From Verrucomicrobiota bacterium (lineage in GTDB: Bacteria; Verrucomicrobiota; Verrucomicrobiia; Limisphaerales; JAJOIW01): a stretch of DNA of 64,000 nucleotides. The position numbers and the translations under genes are program-made. The notes below the pieces were generated by a model. It ran no database searches. It was not told the origin of the DNA and worked only from the letters and a program-made list of their open reading frames with translations. This document shows positions 9,094 to 18,870 of the stretch, in pieces. The stretch is from contig JAJOIW010000057.1 of the NCBI GenBank assembly GCA_021209225.1, forward strand, positions 1,520 through 65,519, given 5' to 3'. The first letter of the stretch is position 1, and each line of letters begins with the position of its first letter.

Positions 9094-11082
9094 TCACTCC
9101 TGGAGATCGATGGATTGGTTATTCCGGATGCTGAGAAACTGTGCGACACGCGCCAGATCAATATCCTTGAGATCGCTGGATAAGAGAAGCGCACTGGCCG
9201 GTGATTCGCCTCCCGACCTGGAGATTCTCCCGGAAGACTCACCGGCTTTCCAGTGGTCCATCAGATTCTGCGTGAACTTTGTGCGCTGTTCCTCGGTTCC
9301 TATATAATCATACTCCTGACTCATGGCCTGATACTCAGGAATCCGGGCCAGTGATTTGTGTGAAATATATCGAACCGCAGAGTAGGGGTCCTGCATTCCA
9401 ATGGCCAGCCATGGGATCTGCCATCCTTCTCCAGTATTTTCCACAGCATCACTCCAACCAAGGTGCCACGCTGAAATAGAGCGTTGTCCCGCGTCGCCAG
9501 TAAGCAGGTTCCACAGGGAATCCGCCACGTCCTCCCGCGCTTCCGGAATGGATGGGACTGGTGCGTCGTGCCAGTTGTGCAGCGCTTCCGCAGTCCATTT
9601 CAAAGTCTGATCGAGGTGGCATAAGTTGCAGGCATTCGGGCGACCGGTCTCAAGCTGGTTTTGAACGGATGGCGAGCTGATCGTGTGCGATCGGACATTT
9701 TTCAGAATTCCGTATACGGTATGCGGCATGTGGCAATTGACACACTGGTTTCCAGAGGATGAGGCACTGTGGTGGGAATGGGCTGTTTGTGTGTCCATGG
9801 ATTCGTATTCCCGGTGGCATTGGATGCACGACTGCTGGAGCGTCAATCCCCGCTTGATCTGGTCGTCCACATTCTCATAGTGATGCATGGAATGGCAGGA
9901 GAGGCAGGACATCTCGCCTCGTATGTAGCATGGGGAATCAATCATCCCATTATACTCGCGACCCGTCACCCTCACCTCCCCGTCCGACCAATATCTGTCC
10001 AACACATATTTTTTGTCTGGAGCAGGGTGGGATACTGGCTTTTTATCCGGAAAAAAAGTGGATGGCTGCACCACGGGCATTCTGGAATCCAGAATATCCC
10101 CAGGTCGAAAGTTGCTGCCTTCCTGCTCAAATCGTCGGTTGTCAGGTATGAAGCGGATCGAATGACATTGCCCGCACACTTCGGAGGATCGCCTGGAATT
10201 CAATTTGAGCGGATTCACCAACCCGGATTCGGGCTCCCGTCGGAAGTGGTTCAGATAGCGGTGTACTGGATGACTATTCTGCGAGACGTGGTTTTCTCCC
10301 GGTCCGTGGCAGGCTTCGCATGCTATTCCCAGTTCACCAACCCGGGTTTCAAATTGGGCGGTGGTGGGGTTGGGGCGGGGCTGGCCAGTGACAGCGTGGC
10401 AGCGGATGCAAACCAGATTCCACTCTGCTCCAGGAGTTCCGAGAGCCGGATCCCGGAGAAATGTATCGCGCGTTGGCACCCATCGCTCATCCCCGACCAA
10501 CCACGCAAATGGAAAAGGAAACTGGAAATTCCCCTTTTCATCGGGAACCCAGAACACCTGCATGTGATGCGATCCCGTTATCAGTGAAAGCCTTCTCCGC
10601 ACCATCCTGCCAGACAGAGAGCCAGACGCGGCGGAATTCGGATCCGGCATATCCACCAGATACGAATCCCCATCTCTGAAGAGGGTGTATCTGACCCCAT
10701 CCAGTGTCAGGGTCTGGCTTGAAAAATCCGCTTGAACGGCAGCCGGCTCGCACATCTGGGTCATGGTGCGGTGGAAGCTTTCATGCCAGCTTGAGTAGGC
10801 CTCACCATGACATGGGCGACAGGATTCTGACTGAACGTAGCCATCCACTCCGGCTTCAGCCGGGGCTTTTTGGGCAAAGAACTGCTGGTTTTGAATTTTT
10901 GTTGCCAGGTTGGAATGCAGGGATATGGTCGCGGCAACTCCCAGTCCAGCAATGCAGATCAGGATACCGGACAGTTGGGGGCTGGATCTCCTGGCCAGGG
11001 GCAAAACCTTCGCCACCAGGCCAATTCCAATAACAACCATGAGAATTATTTCCCAGAATGTCCCATTCATGACCAATGCCAA
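9094..11082 (-). CDS. membrane-anchored multiheme (8 x CxxCH) c-type cytochrome with a HEAT-like C-terminal region
   Basis: 662 aa. Eight CxxCH motifs: CRPCH, CIRCH, CEACH, CGQCH, CLSCH, CIQCH, CVNCH, CNLCH. Two N-terminal hydrophobic helices. Confidence 0.85.
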   Translation of the reverse strand: MALVMNGTFWEIILMVVIGIGLVAKVLPLARRSSPQLSGILICIAGLGVAATISLHSNLATKIQNQQFFAQKAPAEAGVDGYVQSESCRPCHGEAYSSWHESFHRTMTQMCEPAAVQADFSSQTLTLDGVRYTLFRDGDSYLVDMPDPNSAASGSLSGRMVRRRLSLITGSHHMQVFWVPDEKGNFQFPFPFAWLVGDERWVPTRDTFLRDPALGTPGAEWNLVCIRCHAVTGQPRPNPTTAQFETRVGELGIACEACHGPGENHVSQNSHPVHRYLNHFRREPESGLVNPLKLNSRRSSEVCGQCHSIRFIPDNRRFEQEGSNFRPGDILDSRMPVVQPSTFFPDKKPVSHPAPDKKYVLDRYWSDGEVRVTGREYNGMIDSPCYIRGEMSCLSCHSMHHYENVDDQIKRGLTLQQSCIQCHREYESMDTQTAHSHHSASSSGNQCVNCHMPHTVYGILKNVRSHTISSPSVQNQLETGRPNACNLCHLDQTLKWTAEALHNWHDAPVPSIPEAREDVADSLWNLLTGDAGQRSISAWHLGWSDAVENTGEGWQIPWLAIGMQDPYSAVRYISHKSLARIPEYQAMSQEYDYIGTEEQRTKFTQNLMDHWKAGESSGRISRSGGESPASALLLSSDLKDIDLARVAQFLSIRNNQSIDLQE

Positions 11083-11183
11083 ATCGGGTGAACAGCGGGC
11101 ACTTCCTGGACATTGTCATGTTCCAGGACGAGCCCGCACAACTGATTCAACAGATATTCTCCGGCGTCTCTCCTGAAGCAAGC

Positions 11184-13832
11184 TCAAAAAGGTTCTGAAA
11201 GCACCACTCTGAAAAAGAAATTCTGAGATTGGCCCAGTGGAATACTGTGCTGCGTCGCCTGCAAAGAATTCAAACCGACACTTTCCGGACTCCATGGTCC
11301 CTGCGGTGTGGGGCCACTCAGGATCTGCAATTGCAAGCCGCGTTCCGGTACTGGCGGGAATTCAAAGTGCGCACTGTCCTGCTGGATGGATGTTGAGAAT
11401 CTCCACCCGCTGCTTGCATCCTCCGGGTCGGTGTCCAGTAAGTATTCCAGAAAATCCGGGGTTCGATCCTTGTCTGAATCCAGCCGCACCAGATCTTTCC
11501 CCAATGGGCTTTCTCCAAATCGGGACACATACCAATCCTCCCATGTCTGGCCTGGCAAGGTGTAACTGCCAATTGTCGAGGTGATCCATTCGCGCATCAG
11601 TGCAACCCCCTCCGCATCCACGACGTGCGTGGCTATCGGAGGCATCTGGCGCGCCCCCCGAACGGACATTCTGGAAACAACCGCAGAGAAATCCGGAGAA
11701 CCCGGAACAATCAACGCTTTTTCACTTTCTGATTCGCCGCGCACCAGCAGGCCACCCAAAAGGTTTTTCTGCCATAATGGAGTCGTGATTCTGGCATCCC
11801 AATTTCCGACAGCAGGTCCACCAGGACGATGACAGGATGCACAGTTGCTATCCAGATATGAGGCGACTTTCTGCGAAAGACTGGCTGTCTCATCGGTCAT
11901 GGACACGGACACCCTCTGGCCGGACGTCGTTCCCGATTGCAAAAATCCACTTTCCTCCAGGAAAGCCAACTGGTTTTCAGCTTCAGGTCCATGCCACCGG
12001 ATGGACCGGTTCAGCTGGTGGCGCGAAAAACCCAGCACACCCCCGGAAGCCGTGGAATGGCAATGGAGACATTCACTGCGACTCGGGTATCGCCAGATCT
12101 GTTGCACAACCTGACCACCCCGAACCACTTCCAAGGTCTCCGAATCGCCGTCTTCCGGAACCAGTTCCGCATCCGATTGGTCCGCATTCCAGCGGTAGGT
12201 AATCCCATAAACATGATCGGTTGTCTTGACTATAAATCGCGTTTCCAGCCTTCTCCGACTGGTGGGGTCCCCCTCAATCATCTCCATCTCAAAATGCTTG
12301 ATCCATACACTGCCAACCGGGATGCGCCGGGCAGGATTCCGGTTTTCAAAGTCCAGTTGAGCATTGCCTTCTGGCAGCCCAAACCAGCGGCTCTTGATGG
12401 CCCCATCCGACCAGAATGGCTGATTTATCTCATAGGGATATATTCCACTGTGGGGCGTGAGTTGAACCAGATCGGAAAAGGCCCCGGTTTGGGACAGCAA
12501 TCCGGGGAGAGCGTCACTTCCAGCAGTCGATCCCCGGGAAAGTCGATAGATCACGCCCTGACTCAGCTGAGTTGCCAGGATATCCCCATTCGTCGGATCA
12601 TAACCAAAAGCCGATATGTTTGGAATTCCCCGCACTATATTCTCTGCCGTCACCCGGACCGACGCGGATTCGGGGGTCAGTTGCCACCAATTCCCACTCA
12701 CATAATCGCCAAAAATATATTTCCCGAACAACTCGGGAAATCGGCTCCCACGATAGACAACTCCTCCAGTGACACTCGCCCCCTGCATCGCACCGCTCCC
12801 GTGGGCATAATCATAGATAGGCTCCTTAAAGCCGATATTCGCGGAGAACCTAGGACCCCGAACCTGGCCCTCACGGAAATTCCATCCATAGTTTCCTCCT
12901 TTTTCTATAATGTCGATCTCCTCCAGCTTGTCCTGCCCGACGTCCCCCACATACAACCACCCATTCAGGGGATCAAAGCTGAATCGAAACGGGTTGCGCA
13001 GTCCCACCGCATAAAACTCAGTGCGAATGTTCTCAGCCACAAGCGGTTGATTCAAAAACCGGCTCGCCCCAACAAATGGATTGTCCCGGGGTATCCGGTA
13101 ATGGCCAATGAATGCCGGATGCGGATTGGGAGCCAGGTTCTCCTCCAATTCGTCCACATCCAATCGGATCAAACCGGAAAAAAAATCCTTATCGATTCTC
13201 TGGCTGTTCTGGTAGGTGTCATTCCCGCCACCTTCATCTCCCAAAGCCGCATACAAATAGCCATCCGGACCAAAATGCAGATCCCCCCCATTGTGATTGC
13301 TCGCCTGATTGTATTGCGATATCAGCACCGCCTCAGTGTTGGCATCCCCCAATGCATCGCCACTTGATTCAAAGCGCGAAATTCGGGTGTGAAATCCATT
13401 CCCCGAACCATTCGCCGCCATCAGGGTATAGAATACAAAAAATCTCCCATTCCTCGTATATTCCGGATGAAAGGCCAATCCCAGAAGTCCTCCTTCTCCC
13501 GACGTGTTGACTCTGGCTGTGATATCCAGAAATGTGGTTTTCTGCCGGCTCGGAAGGTGAAATCGGATGATCCTGCCCCGCCGCTCCATCACATATAGTG
13601 TGTCCGGTTCTCCGGGCGCTGTGGTTATGCCCATAGGCTGAGAGAAAGTGGTGGTTCCAAAGGCATTGCTCACCTGCCACCTGCCACTCGGCAAGGCGTC
13701 CGGCAATTCCAATGTGGTCTGGCGCACCAAGGCTGGTGGCTCCTGTCCAACCCCATTCCAGCTGACTGCCCACACCGCCAGCACCAGGATCCGATCTATC
13801 CACCTCTGCTTTATCCATTTTGCTTTCTTCAT
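11184..13832 (-). CDS. PQQ-dependent (soluble glucose/sorbosone dehydrogenase-like) beta-propeller dehydrogenase fused to two cytochrome c motifs
   Basis: 882 aa with a signal peptide. GLLGLAFHP and NHNGGDLHFGPDGYLY (sGDH-family motifs); C-terminal CLHCH and CASCH. The start overlaps the eda stop (ATGA). Confidence 0.8.
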   Translation of the reverse strand: MKKAKWIKQRWIDRILVLAVWAVSWNGVGQEPPALVRQTTLELPDALPSGRWQVSNAFGTTTFSQPMGITTAPGEPDTLYVMERRGRIIRFHLPSRQKTTFLDITARVNTSGEGGLLGLAFHPEYTRNGRFFVFYTLMAANGSGNGFHTRISRFESSGDALGDANTEAVLISQYNQASNHNGGDLHFGPDGYLYAALGDEGGGNDTYQNSQRIDKDFFSGLIRLDVDELEENLAPNPHPAFIGHYRIPRDNPFVGASRFLNQPLVAENIRTEFYAVGLRNPFRFSFDPLNGWLYVGDVGQDKLEEIDIIEKGGNYGWNFREGQVRGPRFSANIGFKEPIYDYAHGSGAMQGASVTGGVVYRGSRFPELFGKYIFGDYVSGNWWQLTPESASVRVTAENIVRGIPNISAFGYDPTNGDILATQLSQGVIYRLSRGSTAGSDALPGLLSQTGAFSDLVQLTPHSGIYPYEINQPFWSDGAIKSRWFGLPEGNAQLDFENRNPARRIPVGSVWIKHFEMEMIEGDPTSRRRLETRFIVKTTDHVYGITYRWNADQSDAELVPEDGDSETLEVVRGGQVVQQIWRYPSRSECLHCHSTASGGVLGFSRHQLNRSIRWHGPEAENQLAFLEESGFLQSGTTSGQRVSVSMTDETASLSQKVASYLDSNCASCHRPGGPAVGNWDARITTPLWQKNLLGGLLVRGESESEKALIVPGSPDFSAVVSRMSVRGARQMPPIATHVVDAEGVALMREWITSTIGSYTLPGQTWEDWYVSRFGESPLGKDLVRLDSDKDRTPDFLEYLLDTDPEDASSGWRFSTSIQQDSAHFEFPPVPERGLQLQILSGPTPQGPWSPESVGLNSLQATQHSIPLGQSQNFFFRVVLSEPF

Positions 13833-14563
13833 GACTTGGACTGATTTGTGTTTGCCTGGCGCCAGGATTGCACCGCCTGAATGAATCTTTCTGCGGTCCG
13901 GGTGATCTCATCCCAACTGCCAGCTCGAACCTTCCCGGCACTGACCAGCGAGGACCCAGCTCCCAATGCCCGACACCCCGCATCCAGAAATGCTGGAATC
14001 GTCCCAATGTCGACCCCACCTGTCGGTACAATCCGTAAATGCGGCATCGGAGCCCGGATCGCCTTAATATACGCCGGCCCCAGCGAATCGGCAGGGAATA
14101 TTTTTATAAAATCCGCCCCGGCTTCATGCCCCAATTGCGCTTCCGTCGGGGTATAGGCACCCATCATCACCGGGCAGTTGCCACTATGGCACACCTCAAC
14201 CAGCTCCCTCCGCAGGATTGGGGTCACCAGAAATTGCGCTCCCGCCTCCAGTGCGGTTTCCGCCTGAGTCATGGTCAGCACCGTGCCCACCCCGACAACT
14301 GCTTCCCCTTGAAACAATTCCCTCATCTCCCGGATGGCTCCCACAGCGTCCGGCGTCGACAGCGTGATTTCCAGGATGTCCACCCCACCAGCCAGCAATG
14401 CCCGGCACAACGGCCTCAACGATTCCCGATCCGGTGCCCGGATCACCGCTATAATGCCCGTCTCTTCAATCCGATCAATCACAGCTTGTCGCCCATTCAT
14501 AGACCTACCTTCCCAGATCTCCCGCACCTCTTCAACCTCCCTGTTCATTCCTCCCGCCTTCAC
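13829..14563 (-). CDS. eda: KDPG / 4-hydroxy-2-oxoglutarate aldolase
   Basis: GIIAVIRA, ILEITLSTP, GVGTVL, FLVTP, IKIFPA and VPTGGV motifs. The likely true start is the ATG at 14498-14500 (MNGRQAV). Confidence 0.85.
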   Translation of the reverse strand: MKAGGMNREVEEVREIWEGRSMNGRQAVIDRIEETGIIAVIRAPDRESLRPLCRALLAGGVDILEITLSTPDAVGAIREMRELFQGEAVVGVGTVLTMTQAETALEAGAQFLVTPILRRELVEVCHSGNCPVMMGAYTPTEAQLGHEAGADFIKIFPADSLGPAYIKAIRAPMPHLRIVPTGGVDIGTIPAFLDAGCRALGAGSSLVSAGKVRAGSWDEITRTAERFIQAVQSWRQANTNQSKS

Positions 14564-14633
14564 CCGGATTACACTCCATCCACTTTAAGAGTTGCCTTCC
14601 CATTTATCTCATTTTATCTTCCTCCTTCCTGGT

Positions 14634-14710
14634 CGGGGCGTAGCGTAGCTTGGTAGCGCGCTTGAATGGGGTTCAAGAGGTCGCTGGTTCAAATCCAGTC
14701 GCCCCGACCA
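14634..14710 (+). tRNA. tRNA-Pro (anticodon GGG)
   Basis: Hand-folded cloverleaf. Acceptor CGGGGCG/CGCCCCG + A + CCA, D arm GCGT/GCGC, anticodon stem CTTGA/TCAAG with loop ATGGGGT, T arm GCTGG-TTCAAAT-CCAGT. Confidence 0.9.
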
Positions 14711-15148
14711 TCTCCACTTTTTCATCACTCCATACTTTTCTCTTACCATTCCCACCCCACCTGTCCCATTTATTTACACTTTTTAGAAAAAATCAGCTTT
14801 CAGTGCTTGCAATATAAAACTTTATCTGATTTCATCCCCAATAGGCTATTTTTGAAAGTAGCTCCGTTGGAAAGGGTTATCAGGGTGGAATTTTGACGAG
14901 CTTGGAAATGATTCACATCATTCCCACGTTATCTCATCGGAATTTCTCTTACCTTGCCCCCTAAACAGTTTAAGTACTGCAACAATTTTTTCGATGCATA
15001 GAAAGAACTAACCTACTGGTTCACGGTGAGTTAGACACGTTTCGAAAATTTATTTTGATACAGTGGCTTTCATTGAATAAATTCGGCGAAGCTCATTCAA
15101 ACGATCACTGAAATTTTATTAGTAAGTAAAAAAACAACTAACCCGACA

Positions 15149-16252
15149 ATGACAAAGAAAAATACATCACTCCTCATCACTGCTGCGGTTGCACTCGGTG
15201 GCGTTGCCATGACCGGTTGCCAACAGACCAGCCAATACTCAGGTAATGCTGTCAAAACCACTGCTCAGCCTGTCGTCACCAAAGTTGACGGCGGTGAGAC
15301 AGTTGTTGCATCCTCATCTTCCCGCGAGGTTGTCAGCACCCCAGCTATGGTCAAAGAAGTGCAATACAACGCCTCCGCCCTTGGAAACGCGCTTCCTCCG
15401 AACGCCAAACCAGGTGATTGCTTCACGCGTGTTGTTGTGCCTCCAACCTATCAAACTGTTACCGAGCAAGTCCTCATCGAACCTGCCGGCCAGCGCATCG
15501 AAACTATCCCAGCCGAGTACAAAACCGTTGAAGAACGCGTAGAAACCCGCGCCGCCTCTTTCCGTCTTGAAGTCGTTCCCGCCACTTACAAGACTGTTAC
15601 CGAGCGCGTTATGGTCAAGCCAGCTGTGACCAACATCGTTGACATCCCAGCTCAATACGAGTGGATCGAAGAGCAGGTTCTCGTCGCTCCAGCCCGCACA
15701 GAATGGAAGCAAGGACGTGGAGCCATCGAAAAAATTGATGGAGCCACCGGTGATATCATGTGTCTTGTGACCACACCTGCTCAGTACAGCACCGTTCGCA
15801 AGCGCAAGCTTGTCTCTGCTGCTGCTACCCGCCAGGAAGTGATCCCACCAGTTTATGACACTGTCACCAAGACTGTTGTCGACACTCAGGAAACCACCCG
15901 CCAGGTGCCCATCCCAGCTGAATACGGCACAATCAGACGCAGCGTTCTCGTCACTCCAGCTCAAACCCGCATGATCCCAACCGAAGCTAAATATGACACA
16001 GTTCAGAAGCAGGTTCGCGTCAGTGGTGGAACTCAGGAATGGCGTCAGATCCTGTGCGAAACCAACGTCACTCCAGAAGTTGTCGCTCGCATCCAACAGG
16101 CTCTCGCCTCCAAAGGCCTGAATCCTGGCGCAATCAACGGACAGCTTTCTCCTGAAACTCTCGCTGCCGTTCGTGAATTCCAGATCAAAAGTAACCTCGC
16201 CACCGGCGGTGTCACTTATGAAACTCTGCAGAGACTCGGCATTACCCTCTAA
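15149..16252 (+). CDS. lipoprotein with eight 23-aa repeats and a C-terminal peptidoglycan-binding (PG_binding_1-like) domain
   Basis: Lipobox LGGVAMTGC; repeats of type (I/V)PAxYxTVxExV; C-terminus LASKGLNPGAINGQLSPETLAAVREFQ. Confidence 0.8.
   Translation: MTKKNTSLLITAAVALGGVAMTGCQQTSQYSGNAVKTTAQPVVTKVDGGETVVASSSSREVVSTPAMVKEVQYNASALGNALPPNAKPGDCFTRVVVPPTYQTVTEQVLIEPAGQRIETIPAEYKTVEERVETRAASFRLEVVPATYKTVTERVMVKPAVTNIVDIPAQYEWIEEQVLVAPARTEWKQGRGAIEKIDGATGDIMCLVTTPAQYSTVRKRKLVSAAATRQEVIPPVYDTVTKTVVDTQETTRQVPIPAEYGTIRRSVLVTPAQTRMIPTEAKYDTVQKQVRVSGGTQEWRQILCETNVTPEVVARIQQALASKGLNPGAINGQLSPETLAAVREFQIKSNLATGGVTYETLQRLGITL
15437..16048 (+). repeat. intragenic tandem repeats (8 units of about 23 codons, the 4th unit expanded)
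   Basis: VPPTYQTVTEQV / IPAEYKTVEERV / VPATYKTVTERV / IPAQYEWIEEQV / TPAQYSTVRKRK / IPPVYDTVTKTV / IPAEYGTIRRSV / TEAKYDTVQKQV. Confidence 0.7.
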
Positions 16253-16285
16253 TACCGTCACTTGTCTCATTTAACATTCTTTTTT

Positions 16286-16310
16286 AACCGGTCATATGGC
16301 CGGTTTTTTT
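16286..16310 (+). terminator. rho-independent terminator
   Basis: aaccgg/ccggtt stem (16286-16291 / 16300-16305) followed by a T-run, 34 nt after the stop at 16252. Confidence 0.7.
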
Positions 16311-16392
16311 GTTGTTTTTTCCGGTTCAGGAATTTAATTATACCGGATCCTGAGTGGGCTTGATTGGGTGGAATGACCTGATTCTGGTTATG

Positions 16393-16704
16393 AATCACGA
16401 AATATTCTCGCTTCATTTAACGGCTGAAGATCTCCTGGATTACTACCGTGGACATGCTCCTCTGGTGGTGGTCACGGCAGAATCCGGCAGGACTATCCAG
16501 TTTCCAGCAGTGCATCTTCGGCCTCTCATTCAATCCAACGGCATCCATGGGAGGTTTCGCATCACTTATGATGGTGAGATGAAGTTTCAATCCCTCGAAG
16601 CTGTACCGAGAAGCGAAGTTTCCTATTCGACAACTCACAGGCATCCCCGGATCGACGAGGGATCCACCCCCAATGGTCCTCCACATATAGACACATACGG
16701 TTGA
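16393..16704 (+). CDS. DUF2835-like small protein
   Basis: FSLHLTAEDLLDYYRGHAPLVVVTAESGRTIQFPAVHLRPLIQSNGIHGRFRI resembles the DUF2835 pattern from memory. The ORF opens at 16354; the ATG at 16393 is preferred. Confidence 0.5.
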   Translation, partial: NHEIFSLHLTAEDLLDYYRGHAPLVVVTAESGRTIQFPAVHLRPLIQSNGIHGRFRITYDGEMKFQSLEAVPRSEVSYSTTHRHPRIDEGSTPNGPPHIDTYG

Positions 16705-16778
16705 TTGGCGGCAACTGTGACTGGTTGCAGAAATGATTTTTTGCTCAGTGTGCACACTCTGATATGATGGACTGGTAA

Positions 16779-18740
16779 ATGAGTTTCGTTCACTTATCTG
16801 CTGGTTGTGTCAATCAGATCCCTCTCGACTGGGAAGGCAATACAATCCGCCTCAAACAGGCCATCGACAGCGCGAGAAATCTGGGGGCTGAAGTCTTATG
16901 CCTCCCTGAACTCTGTCTGTCCGGTTATGGATGTGAAGATCAGTTTTTAGCATCATCCACCACTGCTGAAGCCTGGAACCGTCTCATGGATCTAGTGCCA
17001 TGGACAAAATCTCTCATTGTCTCAGTTGGCCTTCCTTTGGATGTGCATGGGCGCATTTATAACGCGGCAGCTTTGCTGGTGGATGGACATATCCTCGGGT
17101 TTTACCTCAAACAGAATCTGGCACGGGATGGCATTCATTACGAACCGCGATGGTTCCGTGCCTGGCCCAGTGGCTCCACGACCGCTATTCAAAAGGATGG
17201 AAAAAGCTATCCGGTCGGCGACTTCCTGTTTGATGTGGGCGGCCTGATTATCGGATATGAAATCTGCGAGGACGCCTGGGTTGCCAACCGTCCAGGACGT
17301 CGCTACTCCGCTGAATCCGTTGACCTCATCCTCAATCCCAGCGCCAGTCATTTCGCTTTCGGAAAAAATAAAATCAGGGAAAACTTTGTCACCGACGCCT
17401 CGCGCAGTTTTTCTGTGGCGTATATTTATGCCAATCTGGTGGGGAATGAAGCCGGCCGCATTATCTATGATGGCCAGTGTCTGATTGCATCCAACGGTGC
17501 CATCATTCAGCGTGGCCCCCGCTTTTCATTTAATGATTCAGAAATAATCTCAGTTTCCATCGATATTGATTTGAACCGGTTGGCGCGCCGGCGGTCTGGT
17601 GCTCAGGGTGACATAAAATCCGCCCATCCCATATTGGTTGCCCCGTTCCAATGGAAGGATTGCCCCAAGGCGTTGCCTGACATATTGAATGAAAACTGGA
17701 ATAAAGAGATCGAGTGGGCGCGGGCCATTGGTTTGGGATTATTTGATTACATGCGTAAGACCCGGTCGCGTGGGTTTGTGCTTTCATTGAGTGGGGGTGC
17801 TGATTCCACAGCCACGGCTGTGATGGTCTGGATCATGAGAGAGCTGGCAATCGCGCAGCTTGGATCTGTCGGCTTCGCAAAAAAACTTGCCTATTGGAAT
17901 GTGCCTGAGGGTCCCTCCATGAGTGACATCCTGTTTTGTGTTTACCAACAAACCTCCAACAGTGGTCCTGTGACCGAAGAGGCGGCAAGGACTATTGCCC
18001 GATCCATTCAGGCAGAATACGCTCTCTGGAATGTGGAACCTCTGGTGAAGGCATACCACGAGCTCGTCCAGAATACCTTAAATCGACAGCTCAACTGGTC
18101 CACCGATGACCTGGCCCTTCAGAATATTCAGGCCAGGGTAAGAAGCCCTGGCCCCTGGATGATGGCCAATTGCAGAGGTGCTCTCTTTCTCACAACCAGC
18201 AACAGATCCGAGGCCTCAGTAGGGTATACCACCATGGATGGGGACACGAGCGGCGGCCTCGCTCCATTGGGTGGGACAGATAAAGCTTTTGTCCTCCAAT
18301 GGCTCAAATGGATGGAATCCCAGAATGGTTTCGAAATTCCTTCATTGCCCAGTTTAGCCATCGTCAATCAATTGGAGCCTACAGCGGAATTGCGCCCAGG
18401 AAGCCATTCTCAAAAAGACGAGAAGGATCTGATGCCCTACACCGTCCTGGACCAGATCGAGCGATGGGCTATCCGGGATAAAAAAAATCCCATCGAAATC
18501 TATCACCTCGCGAAAGCTCACTATCTCTCCCATTCACCTGAGGAAATCGGCACCTGGATCACCCGTTTCTTCCAACTCTGGAGTCGCAACCAATGGAAAC
18601 GCGAGCGATTGGCACCGAACTTCCACGTGGATGATGAAAACGTGGACCCAAAAACCTGGTGTCGATTCCCCATTCTGAATTCCGGCTTCGATTGGGAACT
18701 CAGTCAGCTCAAATGTCTGATCCGGAAAGATATGGAATAA
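16779..18740 (+). CDS. nadE: glutamine-dependent NAD+ synthetase (CN-hydrolase + NAD synthetase domains)
   Basis: 653 aa. N-terminal nitrilase-like domain (LCLPELCLSGY, YEICED) and a PP-loop SLSGGADS in the C-terminal half. Confidence 0.9.
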   Translation: MSFVHLSAGCVNQIPLDWEGNTIRLKQAIDSARNLGAEVLCLPELCLSGYGCEDQFLASSTTAEAWNRLMDLVPWTKSLIVSVGLPLDVHGRIYNAAALLVDGHILGFYLKQNLARDGIHYEPRWFRAWPSGSTTAIQKDGKSYPVGDFLFDVGGLIIGYEICEDAWVANRPGRRYSAESVDLILNPSASHFAFGKNKIRENFVTDASRSFSVAYIYANLVGNEAGRIIYDGQCLIASNGAIIQRGPRFSFNDSEIISVSIDIDLNRLARRRSGAQGDIKSAHPILVAPFQWKDCPKALPDILNENWNKEIEWARAIGLGLFDYMRKTRSRGFVLSLSGGADSTATAVMVWIMRELAIAQLGSVGFAKKLAYWNVPEGPSMSDILFCVYQQTSNSGPVTEEAARTIARSIQAEYALWNVEPLVKAYHELVQNTLNRQLNWSTDDLALQNIQARVRSPGPWMMANCRGALFLTTSNRSEASVGYTTMDGDTSGGLAPLGGTDKAFVLQWLKWMESQNGFEIPSLPSLAIVNQLEPTAELRPGSHSQKDEKDLMPYTVLDQIERWAIRDKKNPIEIYHLAKAHYLSHSPEEIGTWITRFFQLWSRNQWKRERLAPNFHVDDENVDPKTWCRFPILNSGFDWELSQLKCLIRKDME

Positions 18741-18870
18741 TCATAAACCTTTCCTCACCATCCCTCATCGCATGGGTGGTTGTGGACCGTCCTGGGCCGC
18801 GACATTCAGTCTTCACGATTTGTGGTTGATGATACTTTGCCTGTTTTTCCATTCGTTGTATTCTTATTCC

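Noticed and set aside
11937-13367. 476-aa plus-strand ORF. Similar long antisense ORFs occur at 9769-10587, 15314-16270, 26092-26682, 38673-39305, 47216-47791 and 49623-50225.
   Set aside because: Each lies entirely antisense to a gene with strong family motifs. Their translations are low-complexity (P/R/S/G/I-rich) with no recognisable motifs. They are typical shadow ORFs.
14634-15148. tRNA-Pro as an integration site for a genomic island or prophage.
   Set aside because: There is no integrase, no direct repeat of the tRNA 3' end that I could find downstream, and ordinary genes follow. The 440-bp AT-rich spacer looks like a promoter region for the lipoprotein gene.
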